From the NCBI RefSeq assembly GCF_009914755.1, contig NC_060935.1: a DNA stretch of 64,000 bases. The stretch is one strand, 5' to 3'. This document shows, one piece after another, positions 10,487 to 22,354 of the stretch; within the stretch, counting starts at the first letter, position 1; each line of letters opens with the position of its first letter. A program made the translations under genes and the position numbers. The notes beneath the pieces are model-generated. The model was not told the origin of the DNA and ran no database searches. It saw only the letters and a list, made by a program, of their open reading frames with translations. This stretch comes from the human T2T-CHM13v2.0 reference genome, Homo sapiens.

Positions 10487-12249
10487 TAATTTCTTTCCCT
10501 TTGGATAGATACCCAGTAGTGGCATTACTGTAGCTAATGGTAATTCTATTTTTAGTTATTTTTAAAATCTCCATACTGTTTCCCATAGAGGTTGTGCTAA
10601 TTTACACTCCTACCAACAGTGTATTAATGTTTCCTTTTCTCTGCATCCTTGCCAACATCTGATATTTTTGGACTTTTTAAATAATAGCCACTCTGACTGG
10701 TGGAAGATGATATCTCATTATGTGCATCCCTCTGATGATTGGTGATGTTGAACATTTTTCCATATGCTTATTGACCATTTGTGTGTCTTCTTTTGAAAAC
10801 TGTCTTACATTTCTAGATATTAGCAGTCCTAGAATCAAGGTGTCAGTAGAACTGTTTTCTTCTGGAGAATCTGGGAAGAATCTCTTTCCTCTCTTATCCA
10901 TCTTTTAAGGACCTCCCCACATGTCACCTTTCCCTTTTGCTATTGTCATCACATCACTGTCTCTCTGACATTGCCTGTAAGGTGTTCCTCTTTTAAGGAC
11001 ACTTGCGATCACATTGGCTCTACCTAGGTAATTCAGGATGGTTCCCTTCTCTCAAGAGTCTTACATAAGTTACATCTGCAAAGTACCTTTTACCCTGCAA
11101 GGTAACATTCACAGGCTCTGGAGGTTAGGCCATGAACATCTTTGCTGGGACGTTATTCTACCTACCATATAAAGTATAATATACGTGACATATATTCCAT
11201 GTAATGCATTTTTATCTACAGATACAAATCCTTGTTACATAGAAACCTATGCACATTTACAGAATATTACCTGTCTTCTTCACTATTATATCCTCATCTC
11301 TAGAATAGTGCCACACTTACTCAAAGCTTAGCCCATTCAAATATTTGATAAAGGATGAATGATGCCATTTCTCTTCCATAACTGAGGGAAAACACTTGCT
11401 AGCAATCTTCCCTCACTAAAAAAGGGATTTTACAAAGCTTGCTTAGTGGCAAATAATAATTATGATTGGAACATTAATTATGATTATTGCAAACATCTGT
11501 CAGCTAAATGTAGAGGTGTGAAGAAAAATGTCTTGCTTGTGCTTAGAGGTTTAGTTTACAAAGGGAAGGAGAGGTAACATGGAGGAGTACTGCCATAGAA
11601 TTAATTTCAATCACTGAGGAATAACGGTTGCAAAAGTAGACAGTAGTAGTGACTCTGGACCCATTGAGTGAATGTTGTCATTGATGACAAGACAACACTG
11701 CTGGATTAGACATATCTCTTGGGTCTTAAGTACCTAAAATGTCATCAGAAGGGAGGGATGGAAGAGAATGAAAGACATTTCTGCATTATTATTAAGATCT
11801 AACATTCTAGAGCCAATCACGCATTCCCTAAACAAAGAAGATAGGGATTGGGTAAACTGCCAAAGAACACAAAATTCATTGATGATAAAACCAGGATGTG
11901 AACTTAGGTAAGTATTAACCCCAAAATATATATTCCACTCTTCCTATAAATATTAACTCATACAAATTTTATCCTATTAGAATACTTTTATAAGGTGACT
12001 TACATACAATTTTACTATTTACCATCTTTCTCGTGCGGTAAAAATGGTTTGGAAACATTGCTCTCTGCTATACTTCCCTGCATCCCAACCATAGTTCTCA
12101 TCTATTTCTTAACAATTCACCTCTTATTGTACTTTCAAGTCACCCTCAAAACATGTACTCTCTCTTCTCACTAGATTGCCTTTTGCAAACTGAAGGGTAT
12201 GATGCACATGATAAAAGAAAGACATTATAGGTACATTAGAAGAAAATAT

Positions 12250-12379
12250 TTTTTTGAAAATCTGTTTCCAAGAAAGTCAGGGAGCGAACAGTTTTTTTCG
12301 CTCACAGCGAAACAGATGCATTATGAGCGAACAGATTTTTTGGAAATCTGTTTCCAAGAAAGTCAGGGAGCGAACAGTT
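12250..12379. repeat. 44-bp direct duplication (12250-12293 and 12336-12379) with a 42-bp templated spacer
   Basis: The two copies differ at one base; the spacer is built from local direct and inverted pieces. Confidence 0.92.
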
Positions 12380-12619
12380 AGTGTCTAGCTACAGAAGGGC
12401 AAGTCTATAACACAAATTCTATTTAATAGGACTAGCAAAATCTGTGGTCGTACAAGCTATGAAAGCAGTTTTATTATAAACTATTGATTGTTTATGTTTA
12501 CAGAGTGGTAATCTCAAGAAAATAGGGTCACAATATCAAACAAGCTATTGACCTGACCTTGTTTGCCTGCTTACAAATATTCATTTATTATTCACTTGGC
12601 CTATGTAAGCTTTTAAAAA

Positions 12620-13085
12620 ATTATTAGTATAACTTTATAAAGTAGATATCATAGTTTCAACTATACAGAGGTAGAAACACAAACCGAGTGGTTACTTGAC
12701 TGGAACCTCATCATTCAGGTTTCCAGCTTAGAAGGCATCTCCTTGAAAATGTCTTTCCCAATTGTCTTATACATCAGTGCCAACACTTCCATCAATCTCC
12801 ATCATGCAAGTCCTTTATTTTCTTTTTATAGTCTGCCTCTACCATAAGAATGCAAGCTTCTTGAGAATACAAAATGTATTTTTCTTGTTTACTTCTGTAT
12901 CATCAGATTCAAGGACAATACTTGACACATAATATGCATTCAGTCATTATTTTCAAATGATCAAACAAACAGCTTGAACAACAGTTTACTCAAAGTCAAA
13001 TAATAAGTAAGTAGCAGAACCAGGCTGCATATAAACTCAGTTCTTCTGGAGACAAAGCCCCCCATCTTTATTCTCTATATCATGA
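12620..13085. mobile_element. Interleaved MIR and L2 fragments
   Basis: L2 3' end (AAGAATGCAAGCTTCTTGAG...ACTTGACACATAATATGCATTCAG) flanked by MIR-like sequence. Confidence 0.55.
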
Positions 13086-13537
13086 CCTCCTAACTAACTC
13101 CAGGTTATGGGTCTTCCCTCATCCTAAATCATACTGTCCAAAGATTAAATCGTTTTGTCTGTGTAGGACAAGCCCAGCCTTTCAGGTATGAGGAATTACT
13201 GCAAATTTTCATATTTAAAGTAGAGGCACATCATATGGGTAGATTGAGCTTGGGCAAGAAAGACAAGTTCTCTGTAAACCCTGTTAATTTGCAACCCAGG
13301 TTAGACAGTACCAAACTAACAAGGGGACACATGCCTCTTCACTGGCACACTAAACTATGATGATCCTTGAATCTCCTGGGATAGAGCTGGGTTCAACTAG
13401 TGGAAAACATGGCCTCCAACAAAAACTTAGGGAGGACTTTTGAGACTTTTATTTGATACAAGCTTGACATCATCTTAAAGTTTATGATGTTCATAAAATA
13501 GTTCACACAAGGACATCTTGAACTACTAAAGGTTTAC

Positions 13538-13579
13538 ACATTCTTGAACTGTTTAAACCTTTTTACAGTTCAAGAATGT
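13538..13579. repeat. Perfect 15-bp inverted repeat with a 12-nt loop
   Basis: ACATTCTTGAACTGT / ACAGTTCAAGAATGT. Confidence 0.9.
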
Positions 13580-15718
13580 ATTGAATTTAAAATACTATTG
13601 ACATGTTACAGCCTGCAGATAACATTTGGAAAACTGAATTTTTTCTGTCATACAAGCATGCATGCAAATATTTATTAAGGAACAATTATTTTCCAGGCAC
13701 TACTTCAGCTCTGGAAAAGATATACAGTAGGAAGTACCACATTTCAAAAGGAATATTGATTATTAACATGAAAGATGAATTTCATTGATCAAAACAATTT
13801 CCTGCTCCAGAAGGGAAGAAACATACATATGTTTTGTTTGCTGTTTTCACTTTTCAAAGTTTCAAGATAGAATATATATTTCTGATACATGATACACTGA
13901 TTTTGACAATAATTAGCCTCACAATGCTATTAGGAAGACTGCCAAGTCTTTTTAGTACTCCAATTTGTTGACTTGAAATTCATTAATTAAGAGAAATGGG
14001 AAGATGAATCAGATTGCCCATATCTATTTTCTAGGTTCAGATCTTCCACTGAATTTACTGTTACTCATTCAACTTTAACAAAATCCCCTACTTCATGGAC
14101 TACATGATTCCATCTGCATGACAACCTGATAATCCCTAACCTCTTTTTTCATATTATATTACTTCATACTCCAATTCACATCTGACCTTCCAAATATAAT
14201 AATACATTTCCAGTTTGAGTTCCAAACCTCAAGGTCTTTCTTGTTTTCAATTTTCATTCCCACAGCCAACCAACCCATTGCTATCGATTTGGAAATTGAG
14301 ATGCTCTGACATCTCAGTTCCTTTTTCCAGCGTTCACTTTTAATGCCTTAATTATGTTTTTAGTCATACCATGCATTAAACTGTGCATACTCTCAATACA
14401 TTCTCACATGAATGTTGAATTAGCTTTGTAGAACAGGTGTAAACATTTTCTTGTTTTACATCACCTCCAAGAAATAAAAGCTTTATTGTTACAAGGCATT
14501 CAAGTTCCTTTGTGATCCAACCCATGGCTCCAACTTAACTCTGTAGTTCCATACTCTGTTCCTTTTCTGTGACTCCCCAACCTTGTAATCTGAGCTTTAC
14601 CCCAACCATACACTCAAGGTTTTCCTTAATGCAACATGTATTTTCACTTTCTTCCTACTTATTTCTCTTAATGTGACACACCATTCTTCAAATCACTTCA
14701 GACTCAATTTTACTACTCAAAACCAAGCTGTAATAGTGCTTTCCTGATGCAACTTAGCATGAACTGCATAGGAAGAGCACTTTCATGACACTCTGACTTG
14801 TCTATTACAACAGTTTCAATGCTTTATTATAAAGGTGACTTCCCTTTGTTTCTCTCACTAAGCCAAAAGGTCATTGAGGGTATATGCCAGGTGTTATTTG
14901 TGATTCCACAAAAACATAAGAGAAAACCTAGGACACGTAAAACACTCAACAAATATCAAATGAGTAAATTAGATTATTCTCATTCTCATTCAAATATCCA
15001 CCCTCTCCAACAAATTAAATTTATAATTTTAATTTAATATTTATTCAGAAAAGAAAATAAACACAGTGCTCATTTTCTGTGCTTAATATTCCCTTCTCAG
15101 CTTTATTCATGTTTCAAAGAGAAAGTCTCCATTGTGGGTACATTTTCACTACAGACGTAAGTATAAAGCAACTCTGAAACTTAACTTCATAAGAGGCATA
15201 TAATAGGCATGTGGTTTCATAAAAAGTTACCATTCCAAAATAAGTCATTGCAAGAAAATAAAAGTAAAAAAAGAAAATCTGGCTATAGGAAAGTGAGATG
15301 AATCAGATTAATGATAGAATCATATTATATGCCATAAAGGCTTTACTGTGTTATGAAATGTAAAGGGTAATTCAACATTGTAAATTGACAAGGATAAAAT
15401 ATCAAAGAAACTCAGAAAAGTTTTAATCTCTGAGTATAAATTTACTTTCATATAAGGAATTTCATGCATATATCTCCAAAGAGATATCTAAGTGACTAAG
15501 CTGTTTAGATGTCCTAGGCATATAGTGTTTGGATGTTGGAGGCAAGAAGCAGCTGCTCTATCAGTTTTGACAGGAGCGTGATTTTTCACCCCTTCATATA
15601 AAAATATGGCCCTATTAGTCGCCTGCATACAATTCCTCTTTTTCTCCATTAACAACAAATATATAAATATAAATACCTTAGGTAGTAAGGAAGGCTTTTC
15701 AAAATATGTTCCCATCAC

Positions 15719-16190
15719 CGTTGGGAGGAAACTCTCTAAGGCACTTCTGCAGTCTTCTGATAGAGTCTGTTCACAAAGATATTACATAGCAAACAGCCTT
15801 GAAAACTAGAGATGGTGTTTCCCTCAAGGGCAGAATATAGACATGTTCCGTTTCCAGGATAATAAAGGTAATGCCTCTCTGTTGGCAAAAGTTTGGGCAG
15901 ATTTTCTTTTTGTTAGATTGGGGCTTTCCTGAGTTCAAGCTCCTCAGCTATGTCATAGATCTACTGTATGCATTATTCACCTGGGCCTGCTTCATATCAT
16001 CTCTATGGGACTTGGGAATAAAGGAAATTGATAGGAACATGAAGCTCATACTGCATGCTGAGTTGTGAATATTAAGCTGCTGAAATCCATTGGCTCACTG
16101 TTTCCTTACTGGAAAAATACATGGAAGCTTCGGTGCTGATGTAGCAGCTGTAGTCAGCACGGCTGCTTAAGAAATCTTGGACCACTAGAT
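15719..16190 (+). mobile_element. LTR47-like ERVL solo LTR
   Basis: GTTGGGAGG...ATAGCAAACAGCCTTGAAAACTAGAGATGGTGTTTCCCTC...GATAATAAAGGTAATGCCTC resembles LTR47. The end coordinate is approximate. Confidence 0.65.
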
Positions 16191-17865
16191 AACTTTTCTC
16201 CCCTGGATTCATTTCCTGATTATCTCTACCTCACAGTCTAATTTGAAGTTTTGGTAACATGCTGTGGTTATACACTTTTTTTCTGTTCCACCTGCTTAGC
16301 CTTCGTTAACTTCCCATAAGAGTAAGTTTTATCATATTGTTTACTCCCAGTGAAAATTTTCCCTGACATTTCCAGACACCAGGATTTATTTAAGTCATCG
16401 GATTACATTGTCTCTTTTAGAAAATCTTCATTTTATATATTATTATTTGCATTTAGGTATCATGAATATATCAAAACTATTGAGCAACTGTTATGTGACA
16501 ATCATAATAGTCACTAGATAGAGATGGGTTGATAAAAAGTACAGATATGGTACATGATCTCTGGAATCTTACTATTTGGAAAGACAATTATAAGTGAGCA
16601 ATGAAAATAACATTTATGATCAATTCATAAGGTAAATAAAGGAATGTATGTCAAGTAGACCAAACTGAGTATAAGGCCCACTCTTGAAAGTCTTCTCTGT
16701 GGAAAGAATGCTTCATTTGAAGTCTGAAGAGAAAGTAGCAGTAATTCATAGAAAGACCAGATAGACAGCCACTCACTGTAGCTCACTGTTTAACAAAGCA
16801 TGGTATCTAGTTGACACAGTAAGTATCTGCGGAATTACTACTTCTCATAAAAACAAAAGAAATTCTTCCTTCTGCACCTATCTGATAGCAAACCACTTGT
16901 GGTGTCTGCTTACTAGACATAAAGAACATGAATCTCGCTCACTTGCACGATTGATCATCCATCTTGTCATCTGTCTCATGATTTTTTGAAAATTTTCCCA
17001 CTGACAGGTAGCTTTCTTCTGTCAATCTCTTGAGGAAAATTTATCAAAAACTATTGAATATAACTGAAATACAGTCACAGAAAGTGCATGAGGAATTATC
17101 TAGCCTAGTGTCAAATGATTTTATTTGATTACAACCTGGCCCATGCCTGAAATTTGTTAAAGTACCATTCAGTAAATCTAGAACCAAAAATATATATAAT
17201 CTTCTAGAACAAAAAAAATTAATTTTATTATTTTTATTTGCAAAAATGACCTGGAAGGTATGTTCATATTACTTGAAGATATTGTGCAGTGTATGAAGAG
17301 TAGTCATTTTGGAATATAATAAATAACCAGATAAACTGCAAAGTAATCGCTAATTTCCTTTTCAGAACAATGGTTTTTACTGCATTTCAGTCTTCAGTTA
17401 GACAAAGCTGTCATGTCTTAACTTTGCTGAAGACAAAGATATGTACCATATGCTACCGAATTGAAAAATTACCCATCTCTCACTTCCTAGCTTTCTTCGG
17501 CAAGTCTAATTCAGTAAACTTAAGGTAAATACAAGCACAGATAAATGGCAGTATTTAAATGTTTTATTTCTCTAAGAGAATTCAGCCAAAATTCTTTTTT
17601 ATTTTGACACTATTTTCTCTAAATGTAACATGTTTTCCATAAATGAAATATCAAGCAAAAATGAAATGCCTGACCCTGTACTTCTGTATGTTTCTGAATT
17701 TTTCTACTTTGTATAAGACACATCTCTGAGGTCCAAATGACATCAACAAATTCCCTTAGGGCAACATACAAAAGGGAATACATTACAAAAAAGGCAATTT
17801 AAGTCTCAACTTCAAGCATCTTTTGATTTTATTAGCAGCAAGTCATTCAGTGGACACACCAGTGT

Positions 17866-18175
17866 TCAGCACTCTCTTGGTATTTGCCACCGGGAATTTG
17901 TTCCAAATATCAAAATCTGTGGATGCTCAAGTACCTCATATACAATGTCATAGTGTTTGCATATAATCTATGCATATTCTCTGTATACTTTAAATCATCT
18001 CTAGATTACTTATAATACCTAATACTATGTAAATGCTATATAAATTTACAATGTAAATGCTGTGCTGTATTTTTTATTTGTATTATTTTTGTTGCCTTTT
18101 TATCCCAAATATTTTCCATCTGCAGTTGGTTGAATCCATGGATGTAGAACTCAAGAATACAAAGGGCTTACTGTA
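17866..18175 (+). mobile_element. MER2 (TcMar-Tigger)
   Basis: CAAAATCTGTGGATGCTCAAGTACC...CTTTAAATCATCTCTAGATTACTTATAATACCTAATAC. Confidence 0.88.
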
Positions 18176-18439
18176 TTGTGTATCATAAGCAATGAGGCTA
18201 GGGAGCCATCTTCTAGTAAAGGGTTGCTCTGATAATGCGAGGTTTGCTAGAGACCAAAGATAAAGTAAGAATGGAGTCAAACTGATGACAGCATAGGTTT
18301 AATGTTTATTGTATGCTCTTTTTCTTCAGTTGTGCACATATGTGCAAGACATTTCTGACTTACCCAGAAAATGCAACCCTTTGTTTGGACAGGACCTCCT
18401 ATATTATGCTAAAAGGAATTACCTGAATATCTTCTCAGA

Positions 18440-18568
18440 ACCCACAGGCACATGCTTTGATGGAAGGTTATTTTTTCCATGAATGGGAGGGTGGGGGAAT
18501 GGTTTCAGGATGATTTAAGTGCATTACATTTATTGCACACTTTATGTTTATTATTACATTGTAATAGG
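18440..18568 (+). mobile_element. Truncated MER1 fragment (hAT-Charlie)
   Basis: GGAATGGTTTCAGGATGATTTAAGTGCATTACATTTATTGCACACTTTAT. Confidence 0.75.
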
Positions 18569-18569
18569 T

Positions 18570-19551
18570 ATTGATCCGAGAGTGAGATCTCCTCCCTGCT
18601 TGGCCACTGCCCAAGCCAGCAAGTTCCACCCAGCTAGGATGTGCGTGCACAGATGGGGTCACCAACTTGCTGTCCGGGTGCTTCCTGGGGAAACACTGGC
18701 TTGCACCTGCCCACAGAGTTCAGACAGAAATGGGACGCTGGGCTGTAAGCTCCAGCAGGCATTGCCCACCTGGCTTCCAGTGGTGAGGGTGGGTGAGGTC
18801 GCCCACTCTGCTATCTGGGTGTTGCCCGGGACAACAGGAGGCTGTGGCTGCTGACTGAGTTTAGACAGAGTGCGACCACTGGGTCAGAATCTCCAGCAGT
18901 CACTGAACATCAGGCTACCAGTGGCAGGTGTGTGTGAGGTTACTCACCCTGCCATCTGGGTGTTTTCCAAGACTATAGGGGACTGTGACCACCGGCTGAG
19001 TTCAGATAGAAGCTGGATATTTGGGCCAAAAGCTGGCACTGAGCCTTGTCTAGTGAGGGGGTTGGAGCAATCTTACTGCTCCCAGTTATCGTGACTGTGG
19101 CCTCTACTGGGGCTATCATACTGGTGCTGGTCTGTTCTGGGGTCCAAGGTTTGCAGAAGTCCCCTTGGACTTGAGAGTTACCTCCAAAATATGTCCAAGG
19201 GGCTCTCTGCCTCAGTGTGGACATGCAGTGACAGTGTGAGGGAGGAGGAGGATTCTCTTGTTCCCAGTCTTGCACAGGTCACTGAGGAGACTGTGAATGC
19301 CCCTGAAGGCTCTCACTCATTCACCCTTTCCCATATTGAGGAGCTTCTCCTGGCTCCGTGTTTATCCCAGATAAGCCTTGGTGCCCTGCTTCACTCCTGC
19401 CTGCTGTCCATGTCCCCTTGTTGCCTGGATAGGCCCTGATGTGGTTTCTTAGATGATCAGCGTTTAGGGTCTGTGTTTACTCTCCCCTTTGCTTCCTCTC
19501 TGTGAGAACACATGAGCTGCTTTTAGTCTACCATCTTGACCCCATCCCCTC
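18570..19551 (-). mobile_element. Old primate L1 5' UTR (L1P4/L1PB-type) with ~141-bp tandem units
   Basis: GC-rich. The minus strand starts GAGGGGATGGGGTCAAGATGGTAGACTA (L1 5' end with decayed YY1 motif). Unit anchors GAGTT(C/T)AGA(C/T)AGA at 18716, 18857 and 18998. Confidence 0.75.
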
Positions 19552-22354
19552 TTAAGAATATTTTTAATTACACACACACACAGAATTAAATGAGATAAAA
19601 AAATATACTGTAAATACTGCTACATTTTCTTCAAGTTCTATTTTTTGGGATTAAACATGACTAGATAATTCACATCTTTTAAAATATATTATAATTGGTT
19701 TAAAAACATTTTCTATTTCATTAACTATTCAGTAGCAGAATCTTCACATCTTAAAGGAGTCGCTGTCACAGAGATAAAGAATGTTAAGATGCTGAACAAT
19801 AACCTTGACTTAAAGAGGTTCAATCACCATAATAAGTAAAACTGCAGATAATATAATGGTTTGTTCCAATAATTATAATTATCATTTGGATTTTATTTAC
19901 TATGGGTTGTGTATGATGCTAGGGGCTTCACAAATTTAATCTTCACAGAAAATCTACTGGCTAAGTGAATAAGAAATTTAAATATCTGTTAATCAAGGCT
20001 CAGAAAATTTAAGTAATTTATCAACTATGAGCCAGTTGGTGATGGCAAAATAAGGTCCATAATTGTATTTCATCATTATTACACAGACTGTGGGGGATAG
20101 ACAAATATATCAGCACAAATTGAATGCCATTTTGGAATACAGAGCTCAGCATGTTTATCATCCTGTTTACAAGAAACAAATTTCTGCTTTTTATATAGGT
20201 TATATTACAGCACTTAGTTATTAAAAAAAACTTATATAAACTCATCTATTTCCTGGTTCTGTTTAATACTCAACCTAGGACTGAAACTGATGTATTACTT
20301 TCTCTTCCCTATTTTGCCAACCTATTTGAAAATGCACATTGAAATTTATTAAATAGCAATTTTGATGATTGTGGGCCAAGTGGAGATTGAACTGTCTGGA
20401 GACTGAAGACAAACCTGTATGTCCGTGACTTAGGAGAGTTGTTTTAACTTGCTCAAAGCTAATCTGCAAAAAGCAGTAATCTCCTAGAAACCATCAGAGA
20501 AAATGTCCTGTAAAATAATTGGTTATGCCCTTGATAACTTGTATTGCGCAGTGTATATCGTGAAGCAAATAATAAAGATGACTTGTCAGACATACACACT
20601 AAATTCAAATGAAGATGGTAAGAAATCCAATTCTATTTTCTTCCAAATGCCTAAAGCAAAACTCATGATTAAATCATTTTATTATCATTATCTAAGATAA
20701 TTTTTGAATTTCTTTCAAAATACAGAAATGATAGTAAAGAAAATGTTTTCAGAAAAAAATTAACATTGGCTGTGAGAACTAAATATTGATGTCTATTTAT
20801 AATTCTTTTATTTGAATTGATAGAATTGATTTTGTAATGAAATGATAAAAATAGAGATCACTAATATTGTCATTTTAAAGGGAAATTTATATTTTGTGAT
20901 CTAATCGTGAAAATATGATGTTTCCAATCTAAATTAAAGTATTAAAAACAAAAGTTTTACTCTTCTATTCTCATTATGAAATCAGTTTGGTTCAGAAAAT
21001 ACTGCTGAATAATCATTAATGTGCTCCCAAAATTGTAGCTATGAGAACAGTGTGAAAAATCTGATATATTTTAATATAAATCTCTCCTATTGAGAGTGCT
21101 GAGCTGTAACTACCAAAAGATATCTGAGATTTTTAGCTGAAGAAATCATTTTAGCTTTTTAGGTCAATAAAAGAAGAGGGAGAGAAATTTCCCCAAAGGT
21201 AAAACTGAAAGCAAATGGACTCTTCTCTATTGAATATTCATCTATAATACTGGGGAAGAGAGCATTAAAATGTCTGAGGAAAACAATTATCCCATCGGGC
21301 TCTTGGAGTCCAGTCTCCAGAGTTCGAGAGCAATAGTTCCTACTGCACTTCCCAGAGACGGTTTTCTGACAAAGCCAACTTGACTCTAATTTTTATTCAT
21401 ATATTTAATAGATTTATTAGCCATCTATCAAATGTCATGTTCTATAACCAATAAACTAAGAATTGAAAAATAAAATCTAGGCCCTAGCTTTATGAAAGGC
21501 TCATAGTCAAATGGGCAAGATAGCTATATAATACCAATCATGTGGAAGTGCTATCATATAAGATTATGAACAGAATATAAAAGACTGGCACAAAAAAAAA
21601 GGAGTGAGTAGTTCTTCTGGTAGTAGAGAAAGCAAAGTGGCATGTGTCTAGTACACATTTATGACAGCTTCAGTTAGTCATCAGAGAGTTCTCTGAGTCA
21701 GACAGGCTATCACTGACAACCATACATCACTTGATTTCTTTCTGCATGGAAAAAATCTCTCTTCACTCTGAACCCAGGTAATTCTGCAGGAGTAATTCAA
21801 TTTCTTGGATTTGTTCTTCAGACTGGAAAAATCCAATAGGTAGTTTTAAAATCATTTGGAAACTACTTTGGTGAGATAATCAAATTGTTTCACAGAAATA
21901 ATCTCATCAATAGTCATGTAATCTCTTTGAGGTAGACTAAAAAAAAAAAAATCCTATTTTAAAAGTAACAAGAAATTAAATGACCCACCTGGAGACACTC
22001 TGCCTGTGGGGTTAGCTCTGTCGCACGAGCAACTGCCCAATGACTTCATGAGAGGGTGGAGTCTGAAAAACCCTCAGAGTTTACACCAGTTATATAATTT
22101 ACACTTATTAGTATACAATGGGGCTAGGATAAATTTCAATAGAAAAGCTCTTTTTTTCAAGATAGTTTATTCTTATTTTCCTGTCACCTTCCTCACTTAA
22201 CTGTCGGGTTCAGCAAACAAATATATCAAGATAACATTAAATACCAATAAAACAACCATAGCATCTGAAGAGAAATGTTCATGTTGAAATTTAGTTTTTA
22301 TACTAATTTCATCCTCCACTACATTAAAATATAATGATATTAAAAATGTATTTC

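Larger units (their letters stand above)
9563..10800 (-). mobile_element. L1PB3/4-like 3' end, interrupted by two Alus
   Basis: CTATGTCCATGTGTACACATTATTTAGCTCCCACTTGTAAGTGAGAACAT; resumes after 10487. Confidence 0.85.
9499..11168 (-). mobile_element. MLT1D-like MaLR solo LTR split by an L1PB (pieces 9499-9562 and ~10801-11168)
   Basis: Termini TGTACTAGTTTTCTATTGCT and TTATTCTACCTACCATA are reverse complements of the MLT1 ends. Near-TSD TATAG/TAAAG. Confidence 0.8.

Noticed and set aside
12250-12379. CRISPR-like repeat-spacer-repeat
   Set aside because: There are only two repeats, the spacer is built from the repeat itself, there are no cas genes and the context is primate.
18640-19040. 141-bp tandem units as a novel satellite
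   Set aside because: They are better explained as the repeated units of an old L1 5' UTR.
20300-20560. Apparently repeat-free blocks (also ~57200-57700 and ~62300-62560) as conserved enhancers
   Set aside because: Conservation cannot be judged from a single sequence.
21980-22340. Possible old DNA transposon or regulatory element upstream of the pseudogene
   Set aside because: I could not assign a family or find termini by eye.
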